Below, one piece after another: positions 13,860 to 26,124 of a DNA stretch of 64,000 nt. The stretch comes from Octopus vulgaris (Eukaryota). The position numbers were made by a program, and so were the translations under genes. Where the stretch lies: the NCBI GenBank assembly GCA_951406725.2, contig OX597814.1:94798001-94862000 (forward strand). The letters run 5' to 3'. How positions within the stretch are numbered: the first letter of the stretch is position 1; every line of letters starts with the position of its first letter. The notes below the pieces were generated by a model. That model searched no databases. It saw only the letters and a list, made by a program, of their open reading frames with translations, and was not told the origin of the DNA.

Positions 13860-14320
13860 AAGTGAGGAAAGGCTGTGCACTGAGTCAATCCCACTCACTA
13901 AGCAACATCAGCCATAATCCGAAAAGAAGAACAAGTTAACATCATCGGTAACCACTGGGCCGCAGGTTTTATGTCGGAGTTATCCCAGTTACCTGAGTTG
14001 CCTTCTCCTAGAAGGATGCCCTGACAAAGGCTAGGAGTCCTTCACTCCCAATGGTTTAACTGCGCGATCGGGTATTCAATCCGATTATTTCTATGTCCCC
14101 GCGCATGATACAGCTTTAAGACATTTATTGGATAGTCGTTGACTCTCAAGTGTTCCTCCGCCCTTTGACGGGTTTTGTTTTTCATCCCGCAGGGTGACCA
14201 ATAAACACCCTCCTCACCAAGCGAGCTTGGTGGGGTTGCCGGTTTAGTCGCCGACGACCCGACCATGCAACAGGTAGTACTGGGTTACATGTTACCAGTA
14301 GCGCTCAAAAGTGACCTGAC
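13860..14320 (-). mobile_element. RTE-type LINE 5' UTR-like segment
   Basis: Minus strand GGGCATCCTTCTAGGAGAAGGCAACTC resembles the RTE 5'-UTR motif. GC-rich and hairpin-rich. Confidence 0.45.
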
Positions 14321-14382
14321 ATATCTAACAAAGAATACATACATACTTACATACATACGAACATACAAACATACATACATAC

Positions 14383-14466
<84 letters not shown>

Positions 14467-14483
14467 GTAGGTAGGTAGGTAGG

Positions 14484-14583
<100 letters not shown>

Positions 14584-15072
14584 GTCACACCGTTATATGT
14601 ATGTTTACATACACGCAACCGTTTTTCTAGCACATACATGCAACTGTTTTTCTAGCTGAGATAATTGGAAACATATGAGTTATGCTGCGCAAAAGCCTTG
14701 TCCGAAATAGATACAAAAATCCTTTATCAAGTATCTGTATATTAGGAAGATCATGCATAATGAATTTTCATACAATAAGAGTTACATGCGTAAGTGATTG
14801 CTTTAAATTATATTAAATATAACATCGGTATCAATGATTCCAATCACTTTCCTGGATTTGGATTGCGCTTAATATTTCACACTGTCAGACCGAAATAGTG
14901 ATAGTCATGGCGACATTGAGGGTTTGCAATAATAGTAAATAATCACAATAAGTCACCATTTTAATGACGAATCCTAGCAGTCTCATGATACTTTGATGTT
15001 TTCTAACAGCTACTTTACACTTTTCACACGTATGGTTATATGTATATATATATATATATACATACATGTATA

Positions 15073-15447
15073 TAAAGTATAATAGCCATCTCAATGTGGC
15101 TAACCACAAAGGGGGTGTTACTGTAGCTTTTTAGCCCCAGGAGATCATCGTCTCCAGCTGGTTTTAGGCACACTATATGTGCACTTATGGTATTTGCAAA
15201 GGGAGGCCATCCCTTTCTCGTAAGCCTAAGTGATACGCACCGGACTGACAGTTTCGAGGTCGTTGCCTCTTATCAACGGGCAGTAATCACCAGGTCACGA
15301 TGAAAGGGATAGCCTGTATGCAAATATATAAGAGTCTTTCAAGTGACTTCTGCCACTGATTTCGAAAAACTGTCTGCAAGCATTATCAAATCTCAGAACG
15401 AGATGTAAACAGTAATCGCTCGACAATGTAAAGTATAATAGCCATCT
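15073..15447 (-). mobile_element. 356-bp HHR-containing unit with 19-bp terminal redundancy
   Basis: TAAAGTATAATAGCCATCT at 15073-15091 and 15429-15447. Flanked by (TA)n; HHR inside. Confidence 0.75.
15240..15279 (-). ncRNA. Type I hammerhead ribozyme, U3-A8 core variant
   Basis: Minus strand CCG-TTGATAA-GAGG-CAACGA-CCTC-GAAA-CTGTCAG-TC-CGG. All three stems pair; GUC cleavage triplet. Confidence 0.8.
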
Positions 15448-15489
15448 AAATATATATATATATATGAGTTGCGCTTCATAATAACAGGA

Positions 15490-15564
15490 ATCTTACTGAA
15501 GAGCCTACCTGATTAAATAAATATTATTTTTATTGCTGAAAAAGGCGAAACTGCAGTCTAAGAT
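15490..15564 (+). ncRNA. Type I hammerhead ribozyme (intact)
   Basis: ATCTTA-CTGAAGA-GCCT-(36 nt)-AGGC-GAAA-CTGCAG-TC-TAAGAT. Predicted cleavage after 15558. Confidence 0.92.
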
Positions 15565-15888
15565 GAACAGAGTTAGTAAAAGTTTTTATCTTCATTTCAC
15601 TAAATTTATCAAGCTTCTGTGTTTCTAGTACATACTTCGCCTTTAATGTACTTATATATGAAAAATATATGGCCTGTGCTAGAAACACCAGCGATAATAA
15701 TTAATTTTGTTTTATCGCATTTTGAATTTGTTTACATATTTCTCGATAAATTTTGAGCGTTAGACTATATACCAGAAATCCCTAGTTTGTCGGGTTCGTT
15801 CTGCGTCTGCGCAGTGATCTGATTAGTTAGAGAGAGCAAATTAGTAGACGCACATGTGTCTATTGAGTTGCGCTTCTTAATAACAGGA

Positions 15889-15963
15889 ATCTTACTGAAG
15901 AGCCTACCTGAGTAAATAAATATTATTTTTATTGCTGAAAAAGGCGAAACTGCAGTCTAAGAT
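15889..15963 (+). ncRNA. Type I hammerhead ribozyme (intact, second copy)
   Basis: Same core and stems 399 nt downstream. Predicted cleavage after 15957. Confidence 0.92.
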
Positions 15964-16128
15964 GAACAGAGTTAGTAAAAGTTTTTATCTTCATTTCACT
16001 AAATTTATCAAGCTTCTGTGTTTCTAGTACTTACTTCGCCTTTAATGTACTTATATATGAAAAATATATGGCCTGTGCTAGAAACACCAGCGATAATAAT
16101 TAATTTTGTTTTATCGCATTTTGAATTT

Positions 16129-16182
<54 letters not shown>

Positions 16183-16184
<2 letters not shown>

Positions 16185-16426
16185 CGTTGCTATTATGTTA
16201 AAGTGTCGTATGTCCAAATTTGGCCAAATGCGTTTTTTTATATTTATTTTTGCTTGCAATATTCGATTCTTTTGGTCAAACTATCTGTATCTACAGCTAT
16301 TTCAGATGCCAAGATACCAAATATTGTCAAAGTGTAGTACAATGGTTTTGTTATGGTAAAACAATTTTTTCGTTTTCTGAAAAACAACGTTTTGGACTTA
16401 TTACACTTTTGCGTTATAGTAACGAC
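16183..16426. mobile_element. MITE-like element with imperfect ~36-bp TIRs
   Basis: Left end GCGTTGCTAT..AAAGTGTCGTATGTCCAAA; reverse complement of right end GTCGTTACTAT..AAAGTGTAATAAGTCCAAA. Confidence 0.55.
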
Positions 16427-16438
16427 ATGTATACATAC

Positions 16439-16515
<77 letters not shown>

Positions 16516-16559
16516 CGTATGTGTGTATGTGTATAGAGAGAGAGAGAGAGACAGAGCGA

Positions 16560-16619
<60 letters not shown>

Positions 16620-16864
16620 TTGAAGTGATGTACAGATATTGTATATTTTGAATAATAAGGTAATCAGAATAATGGAAGATTATATATATTTTTTAATTTA
16701 CATCTTAGTTACATTTTTGGTGCTTTCTTCCGTTATCGGATTTATCAAAAAGTGGTTGAAAGTTAGATTTCTTGGCCTTTTAGATATAAAAAATTTTGTG
16801 GGCCTTGCCAAGCAAGGGAGAAGAAAGAAACATTTCTTTGAGAGGGAGGGTGAGGCGTGGCTTT

Positions 16865-17709
16865 TTTAATGGTATGGTCAACTTTCTACAAGATCAAAAT
16901 TACCCTGTGAAACTTGTAAAAAATGGTATCTCGAAACCAATGAAATTAGACATCACGCATCTTAGGACTCCAAAAGAAAATCCAAGAAACATACAATCCC
17001 ATTTATTAACGCATACAAGTCTGGAATAACCAATATTTTCCACGTTATACAATCAAACCTACCGATACTCTTACAGAGTGCCAAAATGAATAAACTGATA
17101 GACAAAAGCTACCTGCGAAATAGTAAACGTCAGGGAAAAAAACCTTAAAAAAACAACTTACAAGAGCAAAATTCACATCAGAAAATAAAACAGAATTCTC
17201 CGTAAGGAATGTGGAGACAGCAGATGTGGATATACAACTACAACAATAACTACAAATAGATAGACGGGGACACCCACATAAAATTTAAGAGTGGATTCTT
17301 ATTTAAAGTAAATGTAAATATGAATTCCAAGGCACAAAACTTCATGTATTGCATTACTTGCCCCAAATGCAAGGAGAATTATATTGGCGAAACCAATAAT
17401 TCCTTTTGTCAATGTGCAAGGATCCCCAGACAGCACATCCGACAAGAGGAACTACGGAAAATTCCACTGAACAAACATTTAGAATTATGTGGAGAAGAAA
17501 AAATTCAAAATCGTCTCTTTCTACAAATGCTCAAAGAACAACTTAAACTTCCGAAAAACAATGGAACTATACTTCATAAAGAAGTTCTCACCAAAATTAA
17601 ACTCTTGAAATAAAGGAAACATTTGGAAATATGTGAAGGAAAATTCAAAGTTCCGAAAGATAACGGTACTATACTTCACGAAAAAATTATCAACGAAATT
17701 TAACCTAAT

Positions 17710-17710
<1 letters not shown>
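16865..17710 (+). pseudogene. Penelope-like retroelement remnant (RT C-terminal region + GIY-YIG endonuclease), frameshifted
   Basis: FLQDQNYPVKLV, then NFMYCITCPKCKENYIGET...HIRQ...KHLELCG, and a terminal YFIKKFSPKLN-like motif. Ends at (TA)n. Confidence 0.85.
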
Positions 17711-17796
<86 letters not shown>

Positions 17797-18292
17797 TTCC
17801 ACCTATGAGAATTGTATATGAATTTAATTGTATATATGTTAAAGATAATCTCAAACCATTGCTAAAAAGCTTTTTACCACATTGTTGTTGGACCTTCCAA
17901 AACACTCTAGATTCTAGAATTCTATAAGAACAGCTGCTTTTCCACTTCTGTACTTGGATCTCTTTCTCCTTTAGAAAATTCTAGGTTGGAGCTTTAAAAT
18001 GAATTCAAAACAAAACACCCAACGAGAAATAGATGAATTTGGAAATATAATTGTGACAGCACTGTGTATTGCTTTCTTTAACATTCCATTTTTCAGTGTG
18101 AAGGACTGTGTGTAGTGGCTAAAACGATAAAAACTTTTCAAATTTATTTAAATACAAGTGAATCTTCAGTTATATTAATTAATTACTTTTTCAAAATGTC
18201 ATAATGTGTACTAATGTATGTGTGGTGTGTGTATGTGTGCACAAATATGAACACGTACATATATAGATGTCTTTGAGTGTGTGTGTTTTATT

Positions 18293-18336
<44 letters not shown>

Positions 18337-18653
18337 CTGTGAGTGTATAGTGAACTGAAAATCACTCTTTCCAAAACATCTAGAATTTCAATCAATGCAT
18401 GGAAATGCAATTATAATTTTTATTGAGGAAAGTCAACCAATACAAAAACCACGCCTCTTTATCTCCCCCTCCTTCTCAAAAATTCTTTCTTCTCCTTTGC
18501 TTGGTAAATCCCACAAAAGTTTTATATATAAAAAGTCCAAGAAATCTAAGAGCAAAACACTTTTTGACAATTTAGTTAATGGAAGAAAGCTCTAAAAATG
18601 TAAATAAAATGTAAATAAAAATGTATGTATAATCATCCAACGTTCTGACTACC

Positions 18654-18707
<54 letters not shown>

Positions 18708-18738
18708 GAAATAAGTAACAAGGATGTCAAAGGATTAG

Positions 18739-18825
18739 TGCATTACGATTGTTTCAGGCGGCTCCATTTAATCGAACAATGCAAGCATTACACCAATTTG
18801 GAGTACACTGCCATCTTCGGATGCA
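18739..18825 (-). ncRNA. Type I hammerhead ribozyme (C4 variant, long stem II)
   Basis: Minus strand TGCAT-CCGAAGA-TGGC..CTCCA....TGGAG..GCCT-GAAA-CAATCG-TA-ATGCA. Confidence 0.72.
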
Positions 18826-19339
18826 AAATATTACATTATAATTTTTAGCAAATATTCCATCAGAACTAGAGAATGAAAGAATTACATGCTGCTATTACTG
18901 TAGCAGAATGAACTTAGGGAGAAAAATACCCCAACTATAATTTGGAGTGTCAGAAGAGAATAATAGTGGGGATCATGAGATAGTAATTTAGCTAAAATTT
19001 TATCTATCTCCTTATCACCATCAAAAGTTCTAATGCAACCATTATACTACGTCTACTAAGAATGAAAACCACTGGGAGTTGACAGTTATGTTCTAGCTGG
19101 TGATAATAAATTAACTGTAGTCAGTTACTCTCTAAAACCTTAATTCACTATGACTATAAATTCCCTATGACCTCATAAAGAAACAATCTCAGAAGTCAGT
19201 AAGATAGTGGTATGTGACCAGATACAGGGAGGGTAGGGGTGACATAAGCTATTTTATTATTATCAGTTAAAGAAGCCTACAATAGAAAACAAAGGACGTT
19301 ACAACGAGATTTAAATGGGCATTAGGAGTACAGAGTGGG

Positions 19340-19800
19340 GGAAGGATATAACCAATGTATAGCGAAATCTATATATTATTGTATTTTGTATAATGAAATA
19401 TAAAATTTTTAAATTTAGAAATGGAAATAAGGACCAGGTAAGATAAGAAGGATATATAAACCAACTTGAGCACTAAAAAGTAGATTACTTTTATATAAAA
19501 TAGAAGTTTCATAATACTTCATCCTAGCAAACTTTAAGGTGATCACGATAACACCATTCAAACAATGAACCCAAATTACATTCAGAATTCATCCGAGAAA
19601 GAGGTACACATTTTCTATTGATTGAAAAATCAGGGATCAAAGGCAAAAGAAAATGGGATAATTGGTCCTCTAACAAATAAACTAATTTAAATATATAATT
19701 ATGTAAAAAAAATTCCATCATTAATGAAAATCTTAAAGGATGTAGGGATATAAGATATAAAAATATGGCATATATATACAAAATTAACATAGAAATATAT
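19340..19800 (-). pseudogene. Highly decayed PLE-type reverse transcriptase fragment, upstream of HHR 18739
   Basis: Minus-strand pieces FKIFINDGIFF, DFSINRKCVP, TSILYKS and SISKF fall in the order of PLE RT motifs (YIDD, PFLD, T.VY.K, SIPYSQF). Many frameshifts. Confidence 0.45.
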
Positions 19801-19807
19801 ATATGTA

Positions 19808-19874
<67 letters not shown>

Positions 19875-19877
<3 letters not shown>

Positions 19878-20080
19878 ATCCAAACAAGAAAACACAAAAA
19901 AAACACAACAACGCGAGGACGTGGAACAAATAAAGTATTATTGGACGCTCAGGAAAGAAGGGAAGAAGGAGGGTTTAATGTTTCGAGCGGAACTCTTCGT
20001 CGGAAACATAGGAGAAGGAAAGATCCCGAGAAGGGGAGACAGAGGGAAAAAAATCGCCAGCGGTACTCACGAGGTCACAT
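19875..20080 (-). mobile_element. PLE-terminal-like repeat with minimal hammerhead (19973-20007, C4 variant)
   Basis: Minus strand GTTT-CCGACGA-AGAGT-TCC-GCTC-GAAA-CA-TT-AAAC. Homologous to 9960-10140. Confidence 0.72.
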
Positions 20081-20329
20081 ATTGCATATATATATATATA
20101 TATGTACTAATACATACTAATACATACTAATACATACACCAACCCCATACATACGCACGTCCAGACCAATCTTACGCACTAATACTCTCTCATACACACA
20201 CACACACCCTTATACATACTAATACATACACCAACCCTATACATACACACATCCAGACCCCTCCCACGCACTTTTAGCTGGTCCCTCAACCCATTTATCA
20301 ACCCTATTATCTCCCCTTATTTCGCTCTC

Positions 20330-20578
20330 GCGTCTCATGTTTGATCTTTGACCTCTGGCCGAAATCAGATCGCCATGTTGATTCGTTAGCTACTGCACGC
20401 ATTTTTTTCTCTCCTTCTTTCTGTGTTTTTCTCTCTCTGTGTATCTTTCTGTTGAAGAGCGTAGGCTCGAAACGTTAAAGACTTGTTTTATTTATATTTC
20501 CTGAGCGCCATACTAATACAATTGTTCGTTTGTTTTCCACCTGCCTTCGTCTTTTGTTTATTTTCATAAAGCTTCCCG

Positions 20579-20580
<2 letters not shown>
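20330..20580 (+). mobile_element. Related repeat with minimal hammerhead (20444-20481)
   Basis: TCTTT-CTGTTGA-AGAGC-GTAG-GCTC-GAAA-CG-TT-AAAGA, then CCTGAGCG; ends in (TA)n. A6 reads T. Confidence 0.68.
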
Positions 20581-20636
<56 letters not shown>

Positions 20637-21610
20637 AATATTTTATAATTATATAATGTAATTATAGATAATTAGAAAATATATAAATGTAAGTACTATA
20701 TTGCATTATATCTTACCATGCTTAACAGCAGAGGGAAGTGCCAACCCCTCCACAAGCTATGGAATGTCACCCCAGTATATACGAGGGTAAATAACTATAC
20801 AAATTTAAAAAATTAATAATATAGTATAATGTAAGCTAAAAGAATAAATAAAATACACTAGAAAAAATAAAATGAAGAAATATATATATTAGCTACCTTC
20901 CTGCCATATTCGAAAGTGAAAGCTTTGGTAAAAGTCCATGGAGAAAGCTTTGGAAGAATTTTCTGATTGTTTTCCGCATTTTTTCTAGGACGGTTTTACT
21001 ATTACTACGAATAATGAACAAAGCATCATTTCCATAAAGACCACTCTGCAGTTCAGGAATTTCACTACTAAGACATTTTAAGAGATATGCTCCGTATTGA
21101 AATTATATATATATATATACATACACTGTTTTCCTAATTTCGGTCACTAGACTGTTGTCTACTGAGATGTAGTACGCGTACATACATGTATACATGTGTA
21201 TGCACAGACGCAAACATACACATATTATTATAAACATGTACAAGTATATGTACATATGTAGAGAGGTAGAAATGCAGATAAACACAATTAAGCTTGGATA
21301 TGTAATTTTATTTTTGATCTGCTATTTAAATGAAGATATTTCCTTCGTTTTACTGCTTTTCTTTCTACGAAATGAGAAGATACGTTTGCGGAACTGTTAT
21401 TTTAACGAGTTTATTAGCCGATGAGACACATCCGCACCGCCAGATGCTCCTGAACCAGTTGTTGAGTGTTCCACCCGTGAGGGATCGATGCTGGATGTCT
21501 CGAAACAACTGTCGTGATTAATAATGAATTTTCGTGTATTCCATCTTCCGTCTTTCATTTACCATATGTGTGTGCATGTGTGCGTGTGTGTATACATACA
21601 TGCAAGCATG

Positions 21611-21663
<53 letters not shown>

Positions 21664-21808
21664 ATGTATGTGTTTATATATGTATATATAAATGTATACA
21701 TATATATATATATATTCTTTTATTTTTTACCTATTTCAATTATTTGACTGCAACCATTCGGTGACGTAAACACAGACAGACACACACACACACATAAACA
21801 TATATATA

Positions 21809-21857
<49 letters not shown>

Positions 21858-21921
21858 GAAAGTATTTACATAAAGCATAAAATATACAGAATACTTAGAA
21901 GAGAATACATAATTGTTTTAA

Positions 21922-22068
21922 CTCGACAGCTGTTTCGTGAAGATCGGATTTACGTAATAACGTAATGTTCATAATATACCGACAGAATATGTAAAAAGTC
22001 TTGGGTATGCAACCAGTAAAATGTCACAGAGCTGATACTAGTAAAAGACCAGTCTCCTTCATCAGGAG
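21922..22068 (-). ncRNA. Type I hammerhead ribozyme with ~120-nt stem II domain
   Basis: Minus strand CTC-CTGATGA-AGGAGA....TCTTCAC-GAAA-CAGCTG-TC-GAG. About 65 nt from (TA)n. Confidence 0.68.
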
Positions 22069-24249
22069 GAAGTTAGCAAAACCAGTTCTTATAGTAATAC
22101 CAGATTTAAAGAGTGAAGGGGAAGGGGAAAGAGAATGAGAAACGAAAGGCAGAGAGAGAGGAGATATAAGCGGCGTAGGAAATGGGAACAGAAGTAGCGA
22201 AGAAGAAATAAAAGGCAAGGTGAGGGACGGGGTTTTCTATGACATAGGGGGAATGAACAGAGGTTGATTAGATGAAAGGGAGAGAGGAGGGGAGAGAAGA
22301 TAAAGTTAAAGTCAATGTCGTGAAACGGAGCGCCCATTGAGGTCGGGAATCTCACTAAGTAATCTTTAAATAAATTAAAAATGGTAGCTGGTTATACAGA
22401 GAAACAAGATAATGGATGACATGGATGAGATCAGAATAGGTGTCAATCCTAAAGTCACTGCTAGTAGGGATGTCTGTAATTATCGGGTCCTCCAACTTTG
22501 TCCGTTGGATGGTTTTTGTTCACGCTATAATATATATTAAAGCTGGATAATAACCCCACGTTCACACCAGCCTAGCTTCTACTCTGACGGCAGTGTGAAT
22601 TTCATGCGCCGCTACTGAGATCACATGAATTCGTTCTCAAATGGAGAACGTCAGAAGGTCTGATTTAGCCAGAGCAATGAATTAGGAGTGTTTCTGTATG
22701 CTTCTAAGTCACTATAATTAGTAGGCAATTCTATCGATCGAATACCCGAAATATTCACCGATCTATTTACATTTTGTTTTTCCTTACAATCTAGCTTGTT
22801 TTTTGTTTGTTTTTTTTAATTTTTTGGTGGGGAGCTTTTTGTTTGTTTTAAAACTTTTTGCCTTGTGTTTAGTTTTGTATTTTGTTTTGGTGGGGAGGTT
22901 CGAATTTAATGTAAACATGATAGTAATTCATTGAGTCACGATTTCAACTTCTGTTTGGAATCGTATTCAACAGTTCTAGACTCCATTTACATATAAACAT
23001 ACGCATTACATATACGTTCACATAGTTTCTCTCCTTTCTCTCTCTCCCTCTCTCAATCTCGCTGTCTCTCTCTTTCTCCCTCTCTCTCTCATTCTCTTTC
23101 TATCAATGAGTTATCGAAGTTTAGTAAACATCACAAAATACAACGTAATATACATTTGCGGGTACATGTTTATTTATTAATTTAAAACCGAACTTGTATA
23201 CAATTTTGTGATGAGAAGCTGTAGGATCGCAATAAAACAGGTTATTATCTATGTTTGCCTTATGAGTGGAGGGGAGGTAACCGCGTGTATGCTTGTGTTC
23301 TGAAAAGAAAAGCATAAATAGTGATTGAATGAACTGGAAAACAGCTTTTCAACACAATCCAATAAAAATCGAAAACAGAATTAACATGCAGAGAAATAAG
23401 AATTTGCTACATAAATCAGTCGTCGTTTTCTCAATTGAGCATTTTTATCACTGATGCTCTGCAAATCCACAGCTAGTAATGAGCTAATACGCTGTAAACT
23501 GTGTTTAAGATTAAACTGTCTGTGACAAAAAACAATGTTCTGTTTACCGATATAAGTAACAAGAACATTACAATTATCGAGTTTGGCTTCCTGTATTTTA
23601 GTATAGCTTGGCACGCCTTAGATAAGTTCAAACTGAGATTTTACTTCAAACTCTTCTGATACCATCATATCGAAATTCTGTAAATTATCATTTGACTTTC
23701 TGTAAGAGACAGAGCTCAAAATATTCTCATGGCTTCTCGGAAAAAGCGATTGAAATCAACTCGAGTTACTTTTTATCATTAATCTGCAGAAGAAAAAACA
23801 ACATGGATAAGGCTGGATATTAAGAGAACTTAATTTCTTGAGAGGAAAGAATGAATACATGATTTAACACGAGATTTGGAGAGTGTGCTGGAGTATGGAG
23901 TACGAGAAGAATTTGGCTATACGCGTTGACATTAGATTAACAATTCATCTAAGGCTGAGGCCACGTGACATACGTCCAATACACAATTCAGGGTCACAAA
24001 AACATAAATTCACGGCTACACAGTTTCTTTTCTTCAACTCTGTTTAACATTATCCCAAAGCAAATCAAAGAAAAAGAGTATCTCGTCACCTTCGAACAAA
24101 ACCTGGGCAAATATCTTTAGGGAATACTAAACAAGCCACATACACACCTGAATACATCTCAGACAACAGCTCCCTACTTGAATGGGCCAATATACCACAA
24201 AACTTGACTTTAAAAGGCCTTAGCAGAAACACATCTAAGTTATTATTAC

Positions 24250-24460
24250 TGAGCGACAGAGCAGTGCATGCCATCAAAGTGATACTGGAATATAAACATA
24301 TGCAGCCCAATAAACCCATCATGACTGTTAAGAGTACAGCAGACATATGTATCACAAACATATATGCGCCTCATGGTGATCTCATATCAAGCTAGACAGC
24401 GCATAACCTAGCAGGTGGGACACAGAATTTTCTTTAGGTCAAGTAGTCGATCCCACTTAA
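24250..24460. repeat. (TAA)n-associated interspersed repeat
   Basis: GAGAG..GTGCATGCCATCAAAGTGA...GCAGGTGGG...AGAATTTT also occurs at 57118-57305 and 63075-63145, each abutting ATT repeats. Confidence 0.75.
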
Positions 24461-24829
24461 ATGATCCCCTTTGTTTAAGGATGTTCAATGAAACACCCAT
24501 GTTCCCAGAAGAGAATTACTCAAACCCCGAAGGATTCCTCTCAAAACATGGCTATGATGCTACCCCACTACTTCTTGCTCGTGATCAGAGATGCACATAA
24601 GGTCAGCCACCAAGGAACATGCTCAAATGGTTAAGGCTAAACAACTGACAAGCAAATCTGTGGTAATGAGCAGAATATTTGCTGTAGCCCATCTTTTATA
24701 CCAAAACAAATCACGTACTTGATAACACTTCCAATCACTTCAGATCAAAAGCCATGAGAGCCAGTACCTGGTATTGCATCAGGGCGCCAGTATCTATGAG
24801 AGTAAGTGCCTGGTATTGCATCAGGGCAT

Positions 24830-24854
24830 TATTATCATTATCATCATCATCACC

Positions 24855-24938
<84 letters not shown>

Positions 24939-24945
24939 TATTATT

Positions 24946-25017
<72 letters not shown>

Positions 25018-25043
25018 ATAATAAGTTTTATTATTATTATTAG

Positions 25044-25083
<40 letters not shown>

Positions 25084-25085
25084 TA
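24830..25085. repeat. (ATT)n/(GTT)n microsatellite
   Basis: Directly visible. Confidence 0.95.
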
Positions 25086-25094
25086 CTTTTAATC

Positions 25095-25565
25095 TGCATG
25101 TTTGTTACAATCATTTGACGAGACACAACCAGCATCCTAGGGAGAGTGAAGGATAAGAGATATTACTGTATGACTGAAAGCTTGAGGAGGGGAAGTGACA
25201 GGAGCACTTACAAAATATCTGCATGTAATACAACACAGACATTTAAACTGATAGTGTTTTTCTAATGAGGTGGGCAGTACTTGCTAGCACCTTTGAGATA
25301 TGGTTCTCCTGGGATATTATCTAAATGTTTGTGACATTCATTTCTTATTATACCTAGAGCACCCACAATAACAGGAACAGTTCTCTCTTTAAGATGCTAC
25401 ATCTTTTGTATTCCAATGTCCAGGTCCTTATATTTACTTAATTTGTCAAAATCCTTCATAGATATATTTTTTATCAGTGGGAACACTTACATCTATTAGT
25501 CTACAAGTATTTTCTTCCTCGTCTTTAGTGTCAATGCCTGGTCGATTGGCCTGGATCAATAAAAA
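25095..25565 (-). mobile_element. R4/Dong-type non-LTR retrotransposon 3' fragment (restriction-like endonuclease)
   Basis: ANRPGI...CRLIDVSVP..K..DKLSKYKDL...VPVIVGALG. 3' end abuts (TAA)n. Confidence 0.8.
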
Positions 25566-25577
25566 TCAGTAATTATA

Positions 25578-25728
25578 GGCGCTGATGTGGCTGTACGGTA
25601 AGAAGTTTGATTCTCAACCACATGGTTCCGTATTCAGTCCCACTGTTTTCTACTATTGCCTTGGGCCGACCAAAGCCTTGTGAATACATTTGGTAGACGG
25701 AAACTGAAAGAAGCCTGTGGTATATATA

Positions 25729-25764
<36 letters not shown>

Positions 25765-26025
25765 TGTATGTATGTATGTATGTATGTATGTATGTATATG
25801 CATACATGCATGTATGTATGCATGTCTGTGTCTATGTTTGTCTCCTCTACCGCTTGACAACTGGTGTTGATATGCTTAAGTCCCCGTAACCTAGCGGCTC
25901 GGCAAAAGAAAACGATTAAATAATTATCAGGTTTTAAAAAAACAACACCGATTTGCTCGACCGAAATTCTTTAAGATTGTGCTCTAGAATAGCCGCAATA
26001 TAATGTCTGAAACAAGTTAAAGATA
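25578..26025 (+). mobile_element. SINE family A, near full length
   Basis: Homologous to 1348-1725, with an internal microsatellite. Confidence 0.85.
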
Positions 26026-26124
26026 ACGAAAAAATATAATTAGTAAATACAATGCTCGAGTTAAATTATTCGGCTATGTAAAGGGTAAAGACGCTCATAT
26101 GTAATTAATGAACCGTGGGATTGC

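Larger units (their letters stand above)
15465..16133 (+). mobile_element. Retrozyme-like partial tandem (1.7 x 399 bp) with two intact hammerheads
   Basis: 15465-15734 is repeated at 15864-16133 with 3 differences. (TA)n on both sides; no credible ORF. Confidence 0.88.

Noticed and set aside
18125-18175. Minus-strand CTGAAGA...GAAA
   Set aside because: AT-rich with no stem II; compatible with chance.
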